Shown here piece by piece: positions 1-12,480 of a stretch of 64,000 nt of DNA. Both the position numbers and the translations under genes were made by a program. The stretch lies in the NCBI GenBank assembly GCA_964188305.1, contig OZ076890.1. One strand, 5' to 3'. Every line of letters begins with the position of its first letter. The first letter of the stretch is position 1. Origin of the DNA: Podarcis bocagei. Lineage: Eukaryota. The notes beneath the pieces are model-generated. The model saw nothing but the letters and a program-made list of their open reading frames with translations, ran no database searches and had not been told where the DNA came from.

Positions 1-1129
1 TTTTATGTAAACTGTGTTATTTTTACTGTTTATATGATTATACTTGCCCTGCTATTAACGCGTGCTATAGATTTTTCAATAAGCGAGTCAGCCGAAGACA
101 TTTCTTTGGGGAACAAACTTGGTCCTTGTACAACATGGCTTGTTTCTCATACCGATTATCTTATTAAAATAATTTGGTGCAGCAACAACAAACGGAGCAG
201 GGAATGAGAACAGGCATGTGCCCAAATTCTTCAAATGGCTTGGCAGTAGAGTCAGGAAACTCAGGTATTATACAGTTAAGAAAAATCACATTGAAGCTTT
301 CCCTAAATATCCCTTTTAAAAAAATAAAAATAAAAATCCGCCACACACAGTCACAAAAAAAGGCCTTCTCCGTGTATATTATTTAACAGACCCAACCGAC
401 AGTTGTTATTTTCTGCTTCCATGGACAGTAACTATTCTGGAGCGACAGGAAATGACACATCTCGCAGGCCCAACCTGGAATTCAACGCAAATTGTTAACA
501 CTGTTAGCCCACCAGCAGTAATCTAACTGATTCATGAATGATTTAAAACAGATTCCAAAAATGCAAAAGGTGCAACAGACCAAAAGAAAAGCTTTTGGAG
601 CCACAAAGACCCTCAGGTAGCTCCACCTCAGACACATACCTGTGAGTGTCGTGACTTCACTTTCATGTCTCAACTGCTCTTTTCTCCTTCCACAACTGCA
701 TTCCTGTTGTTAACACATTGTCTGAAGGAAAAGTTAACTCCATTGCGGAACAAAGACCTTTTGATATCCTTGTAAGCCATTTGCCAAGTCATCTTTGTGT
801 GTCTAACTACACTAGAAGAGGAACTGTGTTGCCATTGTGTGAGCTTCGGGAGGCTACAATCGGCATGGGTTTGACAAAAAAGGGAAAAGAATCTGCAAAA
901 GAAATGCATTTTGTTTTCTGAAAGGGCCCTTCATTTTAAACAGGTATTATGTGAGCACTGAGAACATTCAGTGCTTCAGAATGAGGATTTTCTTCCCGAA
1001 AGTTAGAAAACAACATTCTTCCACTTCTATCTCTTTTTCAAAAGTGAAATATCTCAGACTACCCACTCTATTTATCATGTACCTATTCCCACAAAGATAC
1101 TAGGTTCCAAGTCTTCCTGCTCTAATTTG

Positions 1130-1315
1130 TATATTTAAAGTGTTCTTATGCCATTCTAACAGTCATGGTTTCTCCCATGGAATCCTGGGAACCACCTGTG
1201 AAGGTCCTGGGAGCCTGTAGCTCTGTAAAAGGTTGCCAAAGAAGCTCTTGGCACCCTTAACAAACTACAGTTCCCATGATTCTTTGGGGGAAGCCATAAC
1301 TGTTAAAATGCCATG
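1130..1315. mobile_element. Degenerate palindromic MITE (PIF/Harbinger-like squamate repeat)
   Basis: Inverted halves aacagtcatggtttctcccatggaatcctgggaac ... gttcccatgattctttgggggaagccataactgtt; related copy near 27680-27860. Confidence 0.55.
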
Positions 1316-1321
1316 ACAGTA

Positions 1322-1547
1322 CACTGGTACCTCGGGTTAAGTACTTAATTCATTCCGGAGGTCCGTTCTTAACCTGAAACTGTTCTTAATCTGAAGCACC
1401 ACTTTAGCTAATGGGGCCTCCTGCTGCCGCCACACCGCTGGAGCATGATTTCTGTTCTCATTCTGAAGCAAAGTTCTTAACCTGAGGTACTATTTCTGGG
1501 TTAGCGGAGTCTGTAACCTGAAGCATATGTAACCTGAGGCACCACTA
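1322..1547 (+). mobile_element. Tigger/pogo-like (Tc1/mariner) MITE, family A, copy 1
   Basis: TIR CA(C)TGGTACCTCGGGTT...AACCTGAGGCACCACT, flanked by TA; near-identical to six other copies in the window. Confidence 0.9.
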
Positions 1548-1898
1548 TACTTTGCATGTTCAGTGTTAATTTGCCTTCTGCATTATTGTGTTCATGACTA
1601 GAGCCACTGCATAAATGAATATTGCACTGCACTTGTGTGAAGCTCAAGGATCGAATGCAACCTCAGTGGTATTGTCATCTTTTGATTGTAATCTCTGGTG
1701 GAGCCAAAGGAGGCAGCACCCTGGCAGGTCAGGGGTTTTTCATGTCCCTCCAAAGGTATCCCCATTTTTGACAACTAACTACCAATTGTGGTGTGTAGGG
1801 GAGAGAGGTTCCAATTAAAAAACAACAACAATGGTGGTTACCCATCAAAACAGCACAACAGGCTTTTAAAAAGTAATCTTCATTCTGCAGTTGTTTTC

Positions 1899-2414
1899 TC
1901 CCCCCCCCTTTTAAATGCTTTTTATTGAGATTTAAGAACACCAACACCAACCAACAAAAACATCAAGTCTTATTACATATATCCTACTTTATGCTCCATA
2001 GAGCCGTTGACTTCCATCCTTCCCTTCCACAAGTTTTCTTATTCCAATCTATAATTCACAGTTCCATTGGTTAAAAATTATACCATGACATAAGACTTAA
2101 TTCAATCCTGCCAACATTTTCATATTTCTACAGTTCTCACTTATATAAACCATAAATTTACTCCATTCTTTTTGGTACTTCGTCTCCTCCTGATTGCGAA
2201 TTCTGTGTGTCACTTTTGCCATTTCAGCGTATTCAACCAGCTTTATCTGCCATTCCCTTACAGTCGGAATCTCCTGTAATTTCCACTTTGGGGCTCTCAG
2301 AACTCTAGCTGCTGTTGTTGCATACAGATATAATCTTTGGTTTGTCTTCTTAATATCTTCTCCCACCAAACCTAGCAAAAATTCTTCTGGCTTTTTGGGA
2401 AAAGTATATTTAAA
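1899..2414 (-). mobile_element. 5'-truncated L1-clade LINE (ORF2 C-terminus + 3'UTR)
   Basis: ORF 2097-2444 (FPKKPEEFLLG...ATTAARVL..KWK..EIPT..EW) matches squamate L1 ORF2 C-terminus; 18-bp direct repeat cattctgcagttgttttc at 1881-1898 and 2415-2432. Confidence 0.85.
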
Positions 2415-3297
2415 CATTCTGCAGTTGTTTTCAAAGCCAGGCACTTAGGCACATTAGGTCACAACAACTACACTGAAAATGACACCAAGGCAGAGACAGC
2501 AGATTATTGGAACTGAGTGTGAATGGACATTTTTAAAATGTGAAGCAGTAAAAGGGAGAGCTCAGGTTTTTGCATTGAAAATATCCTGAACTCCTAAACA
2601 TCTTTGAGACACGTGTGCATGCAGGGAAGTCTCATCCAAACCATTAGCTTCAGACAGCCGGAACTGTAGGAGAAGATATCAGAACAGGGGAAGATAAGAT
2701 AAGAACTTGATTGACTTTCCATAATGTCAGTTCTAGTCCCTTAGATTTTGAAATTTAGTTAGCATGCATTGCACTAACAGAAAATTATGATGAGGAATTA
2801 AATAAGTGATTATGATCTCATAATTTATAAATCAATTCCACTCTTTATTAGAAATCCTTCAGAAAAAGTATAGATAATTAGGCTGTTATATAGTAACTCA
2901 TGCATATCAAATATCTCAGCCAAGGAGGTTAATTGAAGCTCTCTCTTCATCATTGTAAATGTCTCCAAACTGCTTTGACTGGGTCAAGTGGAAACAAAAA
3001 GAGGTACACTCTAATAAATGCTCTGAACAAATTAATGGCAGAAAGAAAACACTCGTCAGAATAATATATTTCTTTGCATATTTATGCTTTAGTAAAATGA
3101 AAAGGGGGGGGGAGAGATGATGACCAGTTCTGTCTGAAGTGGTTTTTATACAGACGGGCAGCTTGAATCAACAGTAGGCAACCTATTTTTTGACATCTCC
3201 AAAGCAGGACAGCCGAGATGTGCTTAGAGTAGGAAATGCACCCTGAATTTGCAAAGGGCTTTTCAGTGTTGCTTTGCTTCACACCTAGCTTTGGCAT

Positions 3298-3478
3298 AGG
3301 AACATAGGAAACTGCTTTGAACCAACTGGTCAATGTAGTTTGGTATTGTCTCCAAACAGACTGACAACCCCTGTGCAGGATTTCTGGCAGGCATCCTTCC
3401 CAGCCCCTACCTGGAGATGCCAAGGCTTCAACCTGAGTCTGTTTACCTGCCAGACATGTCCTCTACCTCTTAGCTACA
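3298..3478 (-). mobile_element. Degenerate tRNA-derived SINE with CR1-like tail (Squam2-like)
   Basis: aggaacataggaaactgc tail and ccctacctggagatgccaagg...aacctg head; paralogous to 8749-8935. Confidence 0.65.
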
Positions 3479-3727
3479 ACCTGATAATACACAGTAATGT
3501 TGGATCAGACCAAGATCCTTCTCATCCAGTCTTCACAGTTTCTAAGAGCATCCTGCCAGTTGCCTATAGGAACTCACAAGACAGGCGTGGAAATGGTAGT
3601 TTTCCCTTCCCTTATCTCCAGTGCCTACAATTCAGTTATAGTCCCATAAACAGTTCACAAAGGAGTTCATTATTCGGATCGATCCATGCCTTACTAGCAA
3701 CATATTTGTGTCTGCAACTTCCTGATA

Positions 3728-3876
3728 CGGTACTTTTGCATGTATAAGACTAGGGTTTTTTTATTTTAAAATTATGTTCAAAATTGTGGGTTGTCTTATA
3801 CATGGATACAATCTCCCCCCATTTTCTCAAATTGGAGTCTTATACATGGGGGCGTGTAATACATGGGAAAATACGG
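3728..3876. mobile_element. Tc1/mariner-like MITE (CCGTATTT-type ends)
   Basis: TA-flanked; right end acatgggaaaatacgg; second copy at ~56570-56721. Confidence 0.65.
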
Positions 3877-3924
3877 TACATTTGAAGGGCAGACATGTAT
3901 CTAAACACACAAAAGTGTGTAAGT

Positions 3925-4400
3925 AGGGCTAGACAAATCTGTCAATTTGGGAGTTGCTCATTTCATTTGGTCATTGAAATGGGGTCACTCGATTTCTCTC
4001 TCTCCCCCCCCCCCAGTCTTAAATTCAGTTTGCCACATTTCCACATCAGCTTGTGGATTTATTTTCCAAGATCTCAAAATTTGTCATCATCTTTGATGCA
4101 CATTTCTCTTGCAAAGCTATTTCTGTCAACATAATGGATTTTTGTGTGTTACTTTCACAGCTATATACATTTTTCCACACACTTGCTCCAAACCTGCGCA
4201 TTGAATAACCAAACCTGCGCATTGAATAACCAAACCTGTGATTGAATAACCGCATCACAAAATTCAGCGGAGTGTTGATATCGAAAGATTGTAGAATCGT
4301 AGAATCATAGATGGCTGTGCGTTGCTTTGCATATTGCTTTGGGAAGTGCAAATTTCCTCGTGGAAATGTCAACCGAACTGAATTTCTCCCGCCACCCCAC
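3925..4400. mobile_element. Old non-autonomous DNA transposon (TAGGGATGGG-type ends)
   Basis: agggctagacaaatctgtcaattt ... gaactgaatttctcccgcc; related degenerate copies at ~5590-5975 and ~7464-7770. Confidence 0.5.
4188..4251. repeat. 21-bp minisatellite, 3 units (ccaaacctgcgcattgaataa)
   Basis: Two perfect units followed by one variant unit. Confidence 0.95.
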
Positions 4401-5589
4401 CCTTACATGCAAATGAATACTTATTTATTTCAGTATTTCGGGCTGTTAGCTAGGAGACACTCAGGTCATTCGAACGCTCATTTTAAAACACAGTTTTCTC
4501 TATAATATAGAAGTGTGCCTCACAAACTTACACGAAGTTGCTATATAATTATCAACGGATCGGCTCACATTCTACTCGATGATCTGGAAGCTTCTACTTA
4601 AGCAAGCAATTGGTTTTGTCTATCCAGCTGCTATCTCCTGGTTTCAATTCCTCACTTTAATGCACTTTTTAATGGGGGAATTTGCATGAGAACAGAACCT
4701 TTGTTTCTCAAGTATTTGTCTCCTCCTTCACTCATAGCACCACCCTGCTCCTGTTGACATGAATGAGGGTTTTGTTGCCAGATTCAAAAGGAAGGTAGCG
4801 CAGGTCCTCCTGGTGCTGAGAACTGCTGACTGGCTTGAGTCCTGACAAAGGCGACGGGGCTCAGCACCCTTCAGGTGCAGGCAATTTAAAGCACAATGGC
4901 TTCTTCTCTTCCCCTCCCCATTAGAAACTGTAATTAGCTGCCGCTGCAGCCGCAATCTTATGTCGTCACCAGGGGTATTATGATTTTATGGGAGGGGCAA
5001 ACAGCAGGATCACATGTATTTCAAAGGGGACTATTTTCATGCAAATATTCCTCATTACACAAAAGGAGGAAGATAAAATGGGGGGGTGGGGAGAGAGCAA
5101 GAACCGCAGAACTGAAAAGCATTATGTTTTAAAACAATGTTCTCCATGCAGTGATTTATTCATCGTGCAAGGGTGAGGGGGTGTCTCTCTTAACTCTTTT
5201 TATTCAGCTTTAACTCTCTTAGTATAAAACAGGATGACAAAAGCAGGTTAAAAACTGAGGGGAAATCTACCGTTGGTTGTTAGTGACGGAGGAAAGCAAT
5301 ACGGGCATGAAGAACTTTCCTCAGGGACTTCATTAAATTTGAGAGCAACCATCCTCAAAAATGCTTTGTCGAGGATCGTTCGTGGATTAACAGCAGTAAG
5401 AACAATACTCTGCATTTGTTTACACAATGCCGCCAATGTATAAGGTGCTTGCATTGAGCTGGGTTGGCAAGAAGAACAGCCTCCTGCTCCAGCAAGCATA
5501 CAGCCCAAACTTCAGCACTGCAGGGAGATGGGAGACAGGAGAGAGAAGGGTGGAGAAGCAGAGCTGTTGACTGATGCTCTTCTGTCATA

Positions 5590-5975
5590 GGGATAAAAGG
5601 ATGGGAGAAATCTGTTTCTCATTTTTTTCAATCTTAAACTCAGGTCTCTACAGATTATTATTATTTTAAAACCCTAATGAAAAATCATCAGCATTTAAAT
5701 GCAATTTTCTGCGGATACACACAGTTTCGTATGCAACTTTGCCTAAATTTGCAATTTTGTACTTGTTTTTGGAAGCAATTTTTCCTAATGCAATGTATTT
5801 TTGCACAGTATTGTCCACAAATTATGCAGTTTTTATACCATGGTATATGCACTCTTTGCAATCATTCCCCAGCTGGAGAATGGCTGGGCTTCAGTTCTCA
5901 TGTTGCTTTGGGAACGGCACATTAGAAATGTTCAACTTCAAATGCAAACTGAACTGGCTTTCTCCTCCACCCGAA
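5590..5975. mobile_element. Old DNA-transposon remnant, same family as 3925-4400
   Basis: aaggatgggagaaatctgtt start; gaactggctttctcctcc end. Confidence 0.45.
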
Positions 5976-7463
5976 TCATAATCTCTACTAATCAGATGGT
6001 CTGGATCTGGAACCAGGGTTGGTAGAGAAGGCACCATACACATTCAAATTCTATAGACTTTTCTGAAGGAAAAGTACTTGCCATTATATTTCAAACTTGT
6101 CCCAAATGAGCAAGATTTTACAACTCTTCCTCAGGGACTAGACAGGGCATGAACATGATCCAACATAGACATACCAAAACTTTGTTTGGGGTTGGGGAGC
6201 AGTTAATCCAAAATCAGTTCCATCTTTACTGCAATAAGCCTATCTGCCCAAGCCGGGAAGTGGAGCTTTGATTGGAAGCGCCTGTCAAAAATCTGAGTGA
6301 CGGCTGCACTTTTCGGAAGCATAACCCATAATCCCCATTTTCACTGGATAGAGTTCCTCATCGCAAACGCTTGGCCTTCTTTCCTCAGCTCTGACAAGAA
6401 ATAGCACTTTTCGCCAAGGAAGGATGACCCGGCATCTCCTGCCAAAGGCATTTATGTTCAGACACAGTTGATATATGGGCTGCTGTTCACAAATTATCTT
6501 GCAGAATCTCTCTTCAAAAACACCTGTATATTTTAATGCAGCCGGAATTTACTGCTTGTCAGGGAGGTGCAGGCTCAGCCACGTTTTGTCAATCATAGCC
6601 CAAAACCTTTTACTTAGAGGTGTTTTTCGTACTGCCTGGGGGAATCTGACATCTCATAAAACTTAAAAATGAATTTGCTCTGTGGGAGGGAGGGGGGAGA
6701 GGAAAAGGTGACCGAAAATTGTTTCTAATTAATCAAAAAAAGACAATGTAGTATATGTCGTGTTGAAACATGAATTGACAGCTTTCGTTGGAAAGTAATA
6801 TATTAGCCCCAGGTTTGTGCGTTTCTTAATTTTCTTTGGGTCTCAGCAATTATGTCAAATAAGTCTACTATTTCTGTGGAAGTCTTAGAATGATGACCAC
6901 CTGAGATCTAAATGATACACTTCATAGACCGAAGCAGACTTTTGAGCTCTATGTGGTAGGTCACCTATTCTTTACATCCAAATACGAAAAGATGGTATTA
7001 AAAACATTTACGGTGCAATCCTATGTTCCTTGAAAGGGCTTCTCAGAGGACATAGGATGGAGCAGGTCTCCCACTCTGATATCTAATGCCATAACCCTGC
7101 ACACCATGTCTCCTGCTTCTGCATAAGCCTCTAATGCTCTGGCCCAACAGACATCAGAGCTCTAACGCTGAAAGGGACAAAAAAGGAAGGATCCAGTGTT
7201 ATTCTGGTGCCCTGACAGGACCCCAAACTCTAGGATGTGGTCTAAATCTCTCCTGACCTAAATCATTTCCATGAAGAGAAAATGAAGCAGGAATGCAAGA
7301 GCATTCCCTCAATTTCAATTCTGCCCTGGTGGGGAGAGTCTGGAATGCTGTTGCCAATGGTGGTGTAACCACCACGACTTTGTCCCAGGCCAGGCTTAAT
7401 GCCCTTTTGCATGAGCCTGCGCACTCCCATCTGTTTTCCTGCTAGGCATCTGACAATTGTACC

Positions 7464-7770
7464 TAGGGATGGGCAAATCAGTCTGTTTCAGGGTCAGTTC
7501 GTTTTTGCACCTTTTAACCCATAATTCTCACATTAATCAATGGTTTTTAAAAGTCCTCACAAAATGCACATTTAAGTAGGTATTTCAATGCATGCTTTAG
7601 ATTATGCTCTCTCTCAAAAGACATATTTAAATGCAATATTTGATACATTTAAACTGCCAAGAACTGCATTGCAACATTCAGAAAAGTGCAAAATCTGGTA
7701 AATAGCAAAGTCCCAATGTGCACATTAGTCCAAGATGTGCAGGTCTAGTGTTTTCTTAAAAGAATTTCCA
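7464..7770. mobile_element. Old DNA-transposon remnant, same family as 3925-4400
   Basis: tagggatgggcaaatcagtc start; shared gaactgcattgcaacattcagaaaagtgc core. Confidence 0.45.
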
Positions 7771-8178
7771 AATAAATCCTCAAAAATCTTTTGTTGTATC
7801 AATAACATCCCAATTGGCACAATTCCTACCTGCATTCCCAGCAGAACTACTGGACCAGTGTGGGAAGCAGCCATGTCTCAGTGGGTCACACACCATTCAG
7901 GTAACATGCAAACTGAACCTCTCTCCTTCAAAAATGGAACATATAGTTGGCATCTTAAACTGTGGTTCAAGGCATTCTTGAAACTGTGCATGCGAGTTTT
8001 TCAAAAATATGTGCATATACTTGAGTTCTTCAGTGTACTATCTTCCAAAGGGGTAGCCATGTTAGTCTGTCACAACAAAAAGGTGTCTTGCAGAACCCTA
8101 AAGACTAAAAGATTTCTTATGGCATAAGCTTTTAAGGATTAGTACTGTGTTCCCATTGATGAGGTTGATTTCTCACCA

Positions 8179-8404
8179 CAGTGGTACCTCAGGTTAAGAA
8201 CTTAATTCATTCTGGAGGTCCGTTCTTAACCTGAAACTGTTCTTAACCTCAAGCACCACTTTAGCTAATGGGGCCTCCCACTGACACTGCACCGCTGCTG
8301 TGCGATTTCTGTTCTCATCCTGAAGCAAAGTTCTTAACCCGAGGTACTATTTCTGGGTTAGCGGAGTCTGTAACCTGAAGCATCTATAACCTGAGGTACC
8401 ACTG
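8179..8404 (+). mobile_element. Tigger-like MITE family A, copy 2
   Basis: CAGTGGTACCTCAGGTT...AACCTGAGGTACCACTG followed by TA. Confidence 0.92.
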
Positions 8405-8748
8405 TATCTAGCTTCCTAATCTCAGGAAGTCTTTTCCTTGGTGGACTCTTGTAAGATAGTTATGGGATCCCTATGCATTATGGAGGATGAAGAAAAAGTC
8501 TGGTATTCCCCCCTGGTATACTCATGTTGAGAGTCAGTCCTACTGTTGGGCATATTGTCAGGCTGAACTCAGGCAGCAGATGTTGATGGGCAGGGAGTAG
8601 GTTGGTGAGATGTTGGAGGGCAGAGCTATGTACCACACTCCCAGCCCTGCAGCTCATAGGTTAGCCTGCTGCTCTCAGTTGTGATGGAGGGGAGCTCACA
8701 AAATGCAAGTGCGGAAATAAGATTCAACTGCAAGTCTAGTCAGCTTCT

Positions 8749-8935
8749 AGGAATATAGGAGGCTGCCTTACACCAAGGCAGATCATTGGTCCATCTACGT
8801 AGCTAAGTGCTGTCTACAGTGTCTGGCAGTGGTTCTTCAAGTTTTCCGATATTCCAAGACCTGCCTGGAGATGCTGAGGATTGAATTTGGGACCTTCTGC
8901 ATGCAAGACAGATGTTCTACCACTGAGCTATGGCC
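8749..8935 (-). mobile_element. tRNA-derived SINE with CR1-like tail (Squam2-like)
   Basis: Minus strand begins ggccatagctcagtggtagaacatctg (A box) then ggtcccaaattcaatcc (B-box-like); tail aggcagcctcctatattcct. Confidence 0.75.
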
Positions 8936-10210
8936 TGAGGGACCTCTGTTTTGTCCTTCGCCTTAGGCAGCAAAATATCTTGAGCAAAATGCCCTGCCCC
9001 AGGTTTTCTGGGTGGGAAATCATGAAAATGAGGGGGGAACTATTTTTCTTTATGAGCATGGTCTTTGAGTGGCTCAAGTGTTATCTATAATCTAAAAGCA
9101 AAGGGGGGAGGGGTACCTTCAACAGTATTATTTTATACAGATGACAATGGTGCCGATTCCAGCAATCTATTAACACTCACGGGAGTAATCAGAATATATT
9201 TCTTTAGTTGGCTGACAACCCTAACAATATTTAAGACTAAAGTAGAAAGTGGCCTTTCAAGAGAAAATTGAAAATTAGTAGCAGCCATTTAAGAAAGGGA
9301 GAGTTGGTAGAAACAGCACATTTAATTAGAAGCTCATGAAACAGACACTAAAATTATTACTAGCATTAATCATTAATGATGCCAACTGCAGTCTAGATAG
9401 TCTGTGTTTGCATAGCTTTTACTGTTTCACTTGAGTTTGTTTTGTTAAAATGGCTCATAGAAAGGTGAAAGTCAGCTTTAATTTCTTCCTGCAAAGCAAG
9501 AAATGTATTATTAGGAAATAAAGAGAATATCTTGCTTGCTAAAACAGTACTATGTCACAGCAGACATATTAAACTTGCACCTCTGACACATGTGGCATTT
9601 TCAAGATTAATGTGAGAGGTGACTGGTAAAAGTTTATGGTCTATGAAACCAAGAGTGATGCTAAAGGAGGACAAAAAGCAAGGGACTTAGGAGAAATACA
9701 GGCCTATGGCTGACTAGAGAAATGACTCAGGACATTTCAATGTTTGAGGCAGACAATTCAATTGGCATCACACCCACCCATACTCATTATAGTAAGGAAA
9801 TATAGCAACAGAATCGACAACTTGCCATTCATTAATGATGTCCCCAAACTGCCACTTGAAACTTCTCCCTGTTTCGTGATGGGGATAGCCCTGTCCAAAT
9901 TCAATTCTATTCAAATATAATTCAAGTTACAAGCTAAAGGAAGGAAGGATTTCGGCATATCAACACCACAGCTAACTGAAACATGTTCAATCAAGTGCAG
10001 CATTATAATAAGGTGGTTTGAAAAGCCCATTGAAGTAACCATTTGTTTTGCTTCATAGGAAATCCCTCTTGCCGCAAGAGAATGAGTCTGAACATTCAGA
10101 AAGTTTTCTAATGCCATCCTTGCAATGATTCACTTAGAGAAATGTCTGCAAAGCCTCATGTTGCAGAGATAAATGTGGGCAATCTAGTTAGTTAGATCCA
10201 AATGAAAATA

Positions 10211-10452
10211 CAGCGGTACCTTAGGTTAAGAACTTAATTCGTTCCGGAGGTCCGTTCTTAACCTGAAACTGTTCTTAACCTGAAGCACCACTTTAGCTAA
10301 TGGGGCCTCCTGCTGCCGCTGCGCCACCACTGCACGATTTCTGTTCTCATCCTGAAGCAAAGTTCTTAACCCGAGGTAATATTTCTGGGTTAGCGGAGTC
10401 TGTAACCTGAAGCGTATGTAACCTGAAGCGTAAGTAACCCGAGGTATCACTG
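10211..10452 (+). mobile_element. Tigger-like MITE family A, copy 3
   Basis: TA|CAGCGGTACC...GAGGTATCACTG|TA. Confidence 0.92.
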
Positions 10453-10789
10453 TACACATCATAATCATCTAGCAGCAAAAGAGAGGCCTGACCCACGTTG
10501 ATTTCTACAGCATCAAAAACCTTTTCCTTAGCGTTCAGAAGCAAATATTATATGCTCCACAAGCAGTTTGATCTTCCTGCCATATTCCTTCTGCCTCCTC
10601 GGCTTAAGCGAGGCACCTTCATCATCTCTCCAACTTCCCAGGATCAGGAACAGTTCCTACTTAAAGGGGGAAAACACTTGAGATTTCAATTCTTCTTTCT
10701 TCCTGACACACGAAGCTGTTAGATGGATCACAATGCCTGAGAAGACTTGCGTTAGTGACATCAGAGGAAGAGCTTAACTAAGAGAGTAA

Positions 10790-11625
10790 CCATTCAGTAC
10801 TTCTTCACACAGCACATAATTAATGCACGGAATTTGTCACAAGGTGTGATGATGGCTACTGGCTCAGAAGGGCTTTAAAATGGAATTAGACAAAATCATG
10901 GATGAACACTCGCTTGGTTGTTCTGAAGCTGAATGTTGCAAGTTTCAGAGCAGGTTAAAAAAAGAAAGAACATTTTCATGCAGCACACAGTTAACTCGCT
11001 CATGTAGGAGGCAGTAATGAGCACCAGGTAAAGGTAAAGGGACCCCTGACCATTAGGTCCAGTCGTGACCGACTCTGGGGTTGCGGTGCTCATCTCGCTT
11101 TATTGGCCGAGGGAGCTGGCGTACAGCTTCCAGGTCATGCGGCCAGCATGACTAAGCCGCTTCTGGCGAACCAGAGCAGGACACAGAAATGCCGTTTAGC
11201 TTCCCGCCGGAGCGGTACCTATTGATCTCCTTGTACTTGGCATGCTTTCGAACTGCTAGGTGGGCAGGAGCAGGGACCGAGCAACGGGAGCTCACCTCCG
11301 TCGCGGGGATTCAAACCGCCGACCTTCTGATCGGCAAGTCCTAGGCTCTATGGTTTAACCCACAGCGCCACCCACATCCAATGACCACCAACGTAGCCTT
11401 AAAAGAGGATTAGAGACATTCATGGAGGAGAAGGCTATCAACCACTACTAGCCCTGATGGATATCTTTTGCCTTCACTGTTAGAGGAGGTATTCCTCAAT
11501 GCCAGTCACTGGAAACCACAGGAGAGGGAGAATGCTGTTGTACTCATATCCTGCTTGTGGGCTATACACACAGGCATCTGGTTGTCTGCTTTAAGAATGG
11601 GATGCAAAGATGGACCACTGGTGCA
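10790..11625 (+). mobile_element. CR1 LINE 3' fragments, interrupted by a Sauria SINE
   Basis: agtacttcttcacacagc..., ttaaaagaggattagagacattcatggaggagaaggctatc (FKRGLDKFM-like), typical of the CR1 ORF2 end and 3'UTR. Confidence 0.7.
11027..11379 (-). mobile_element. Sauria SINE, full length
   Basis: (aaggta)n tail, gggacccctgaccattaggtccagtc, head gtttaacccacagcgccaccc; TSD aatgagcacca/aatgaccacca (11016-11026, 11380-11390). Confidence 0.92.
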
Positions 11626-12038
11626 AAACACTGCAGCTAGATGGGGACAGACTATTGCCATCACACTGGAAAACGAGCGAGGTCCCAACTAAAGAAGAAT
11701 GGCAACTTAAACTGATGGAATATGCACAGCTTGCGGACTTAACATTTAGAATAAGAGAACAAGAAGAGCATACGTTTAAAGAAGATTGGAAAATGTTTAT
11801 TGAATATGGGGGGGACTGTGTACACTTGAAAACTTTGGCAGCATTAAGGTAAATGCAACAGTGTAAATAAGTTTTGATGGATTTAATAATGGAATACTGA
11901 ATGGTTTAGTATATATAAAATATGCAGGGATTTACGATATGCAAAATGAACCATGGAAAGAGAAGAAGGGAAGTCACTGATATTTTAAGGATGTTTAAAT
12001 GAGTATTCTAAATTGTAAAACAGAAAATTTAATTAAAA

Positions 12039-12041
<3 letters not shown>
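11625..12041 (+). mobile_element. L1-clade 3' fragment
   Basis: ORF 11610-11852 (WKTSEVPTKEEWQLKLMEYAQLA...FKEDWKMF) resembles the 2097-2444 L1 ORF; A-rich end runs into (GA)n. Confidence 0.8.

Positions 12042-12097
<56 letters not shown>
12042..12097. repeat. (GA)n microsatellite
   Basis: Direct reading. Confidence 0.98.
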
Positions 12098-12098
<1 letters not shown>

Positions 12099-12109
12099 GA
12101 TTGCCATCG

Positions 12110-12480
12110 CAGAACTCCAGTACTCAAAAGTTTGCTTGGCTGCCCACATGCTACCAACCTAGTTTAAAGGTTCTTGTATTAATTTACAAGACCCTTAACA
12201 ATTTTGGACCAGGATACGCCAAGGACCTATATCCCTGTCCAATCACTGAGGTCTTTGGAAGAGTCAACATTAGTGTAGCTCTGGTGCACAGCTCATATCT
12301 ACCAGGAGTTGTGTATTTACTGTTGTTGGCCCAATTTTATGGAACTCCCTCCCAGTTAAGGTCCAACAGGCCATGTCCCTACTTAACTTCTGGCGCCTAC
12401 TGAAACCTTTTATTAAAAAAAATTCCAGCAGGCATTTTAATTTATGTTGGAGAGTATTGTAGTTAAGTGGTATACAAATA
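12110..12480 (+). mobile_element. Old L2-clade 3' fragment
   Basis: WLP...LKVLVLIYKTLNNFGPGY, typical of L2 ORF2 C-terminus. Confidence 0.7.

Noticed and set aside
4188-4251. CRISPR-like array
   Set aside because: Units are directly adjacent with no unique spacers, the context is eukaryotic, and there are no cas genes
4797-4821. REST/RE1 site (also ccatggacag near 419)
   Set aside because: Only one half-site matches and the spacing is non-canonical
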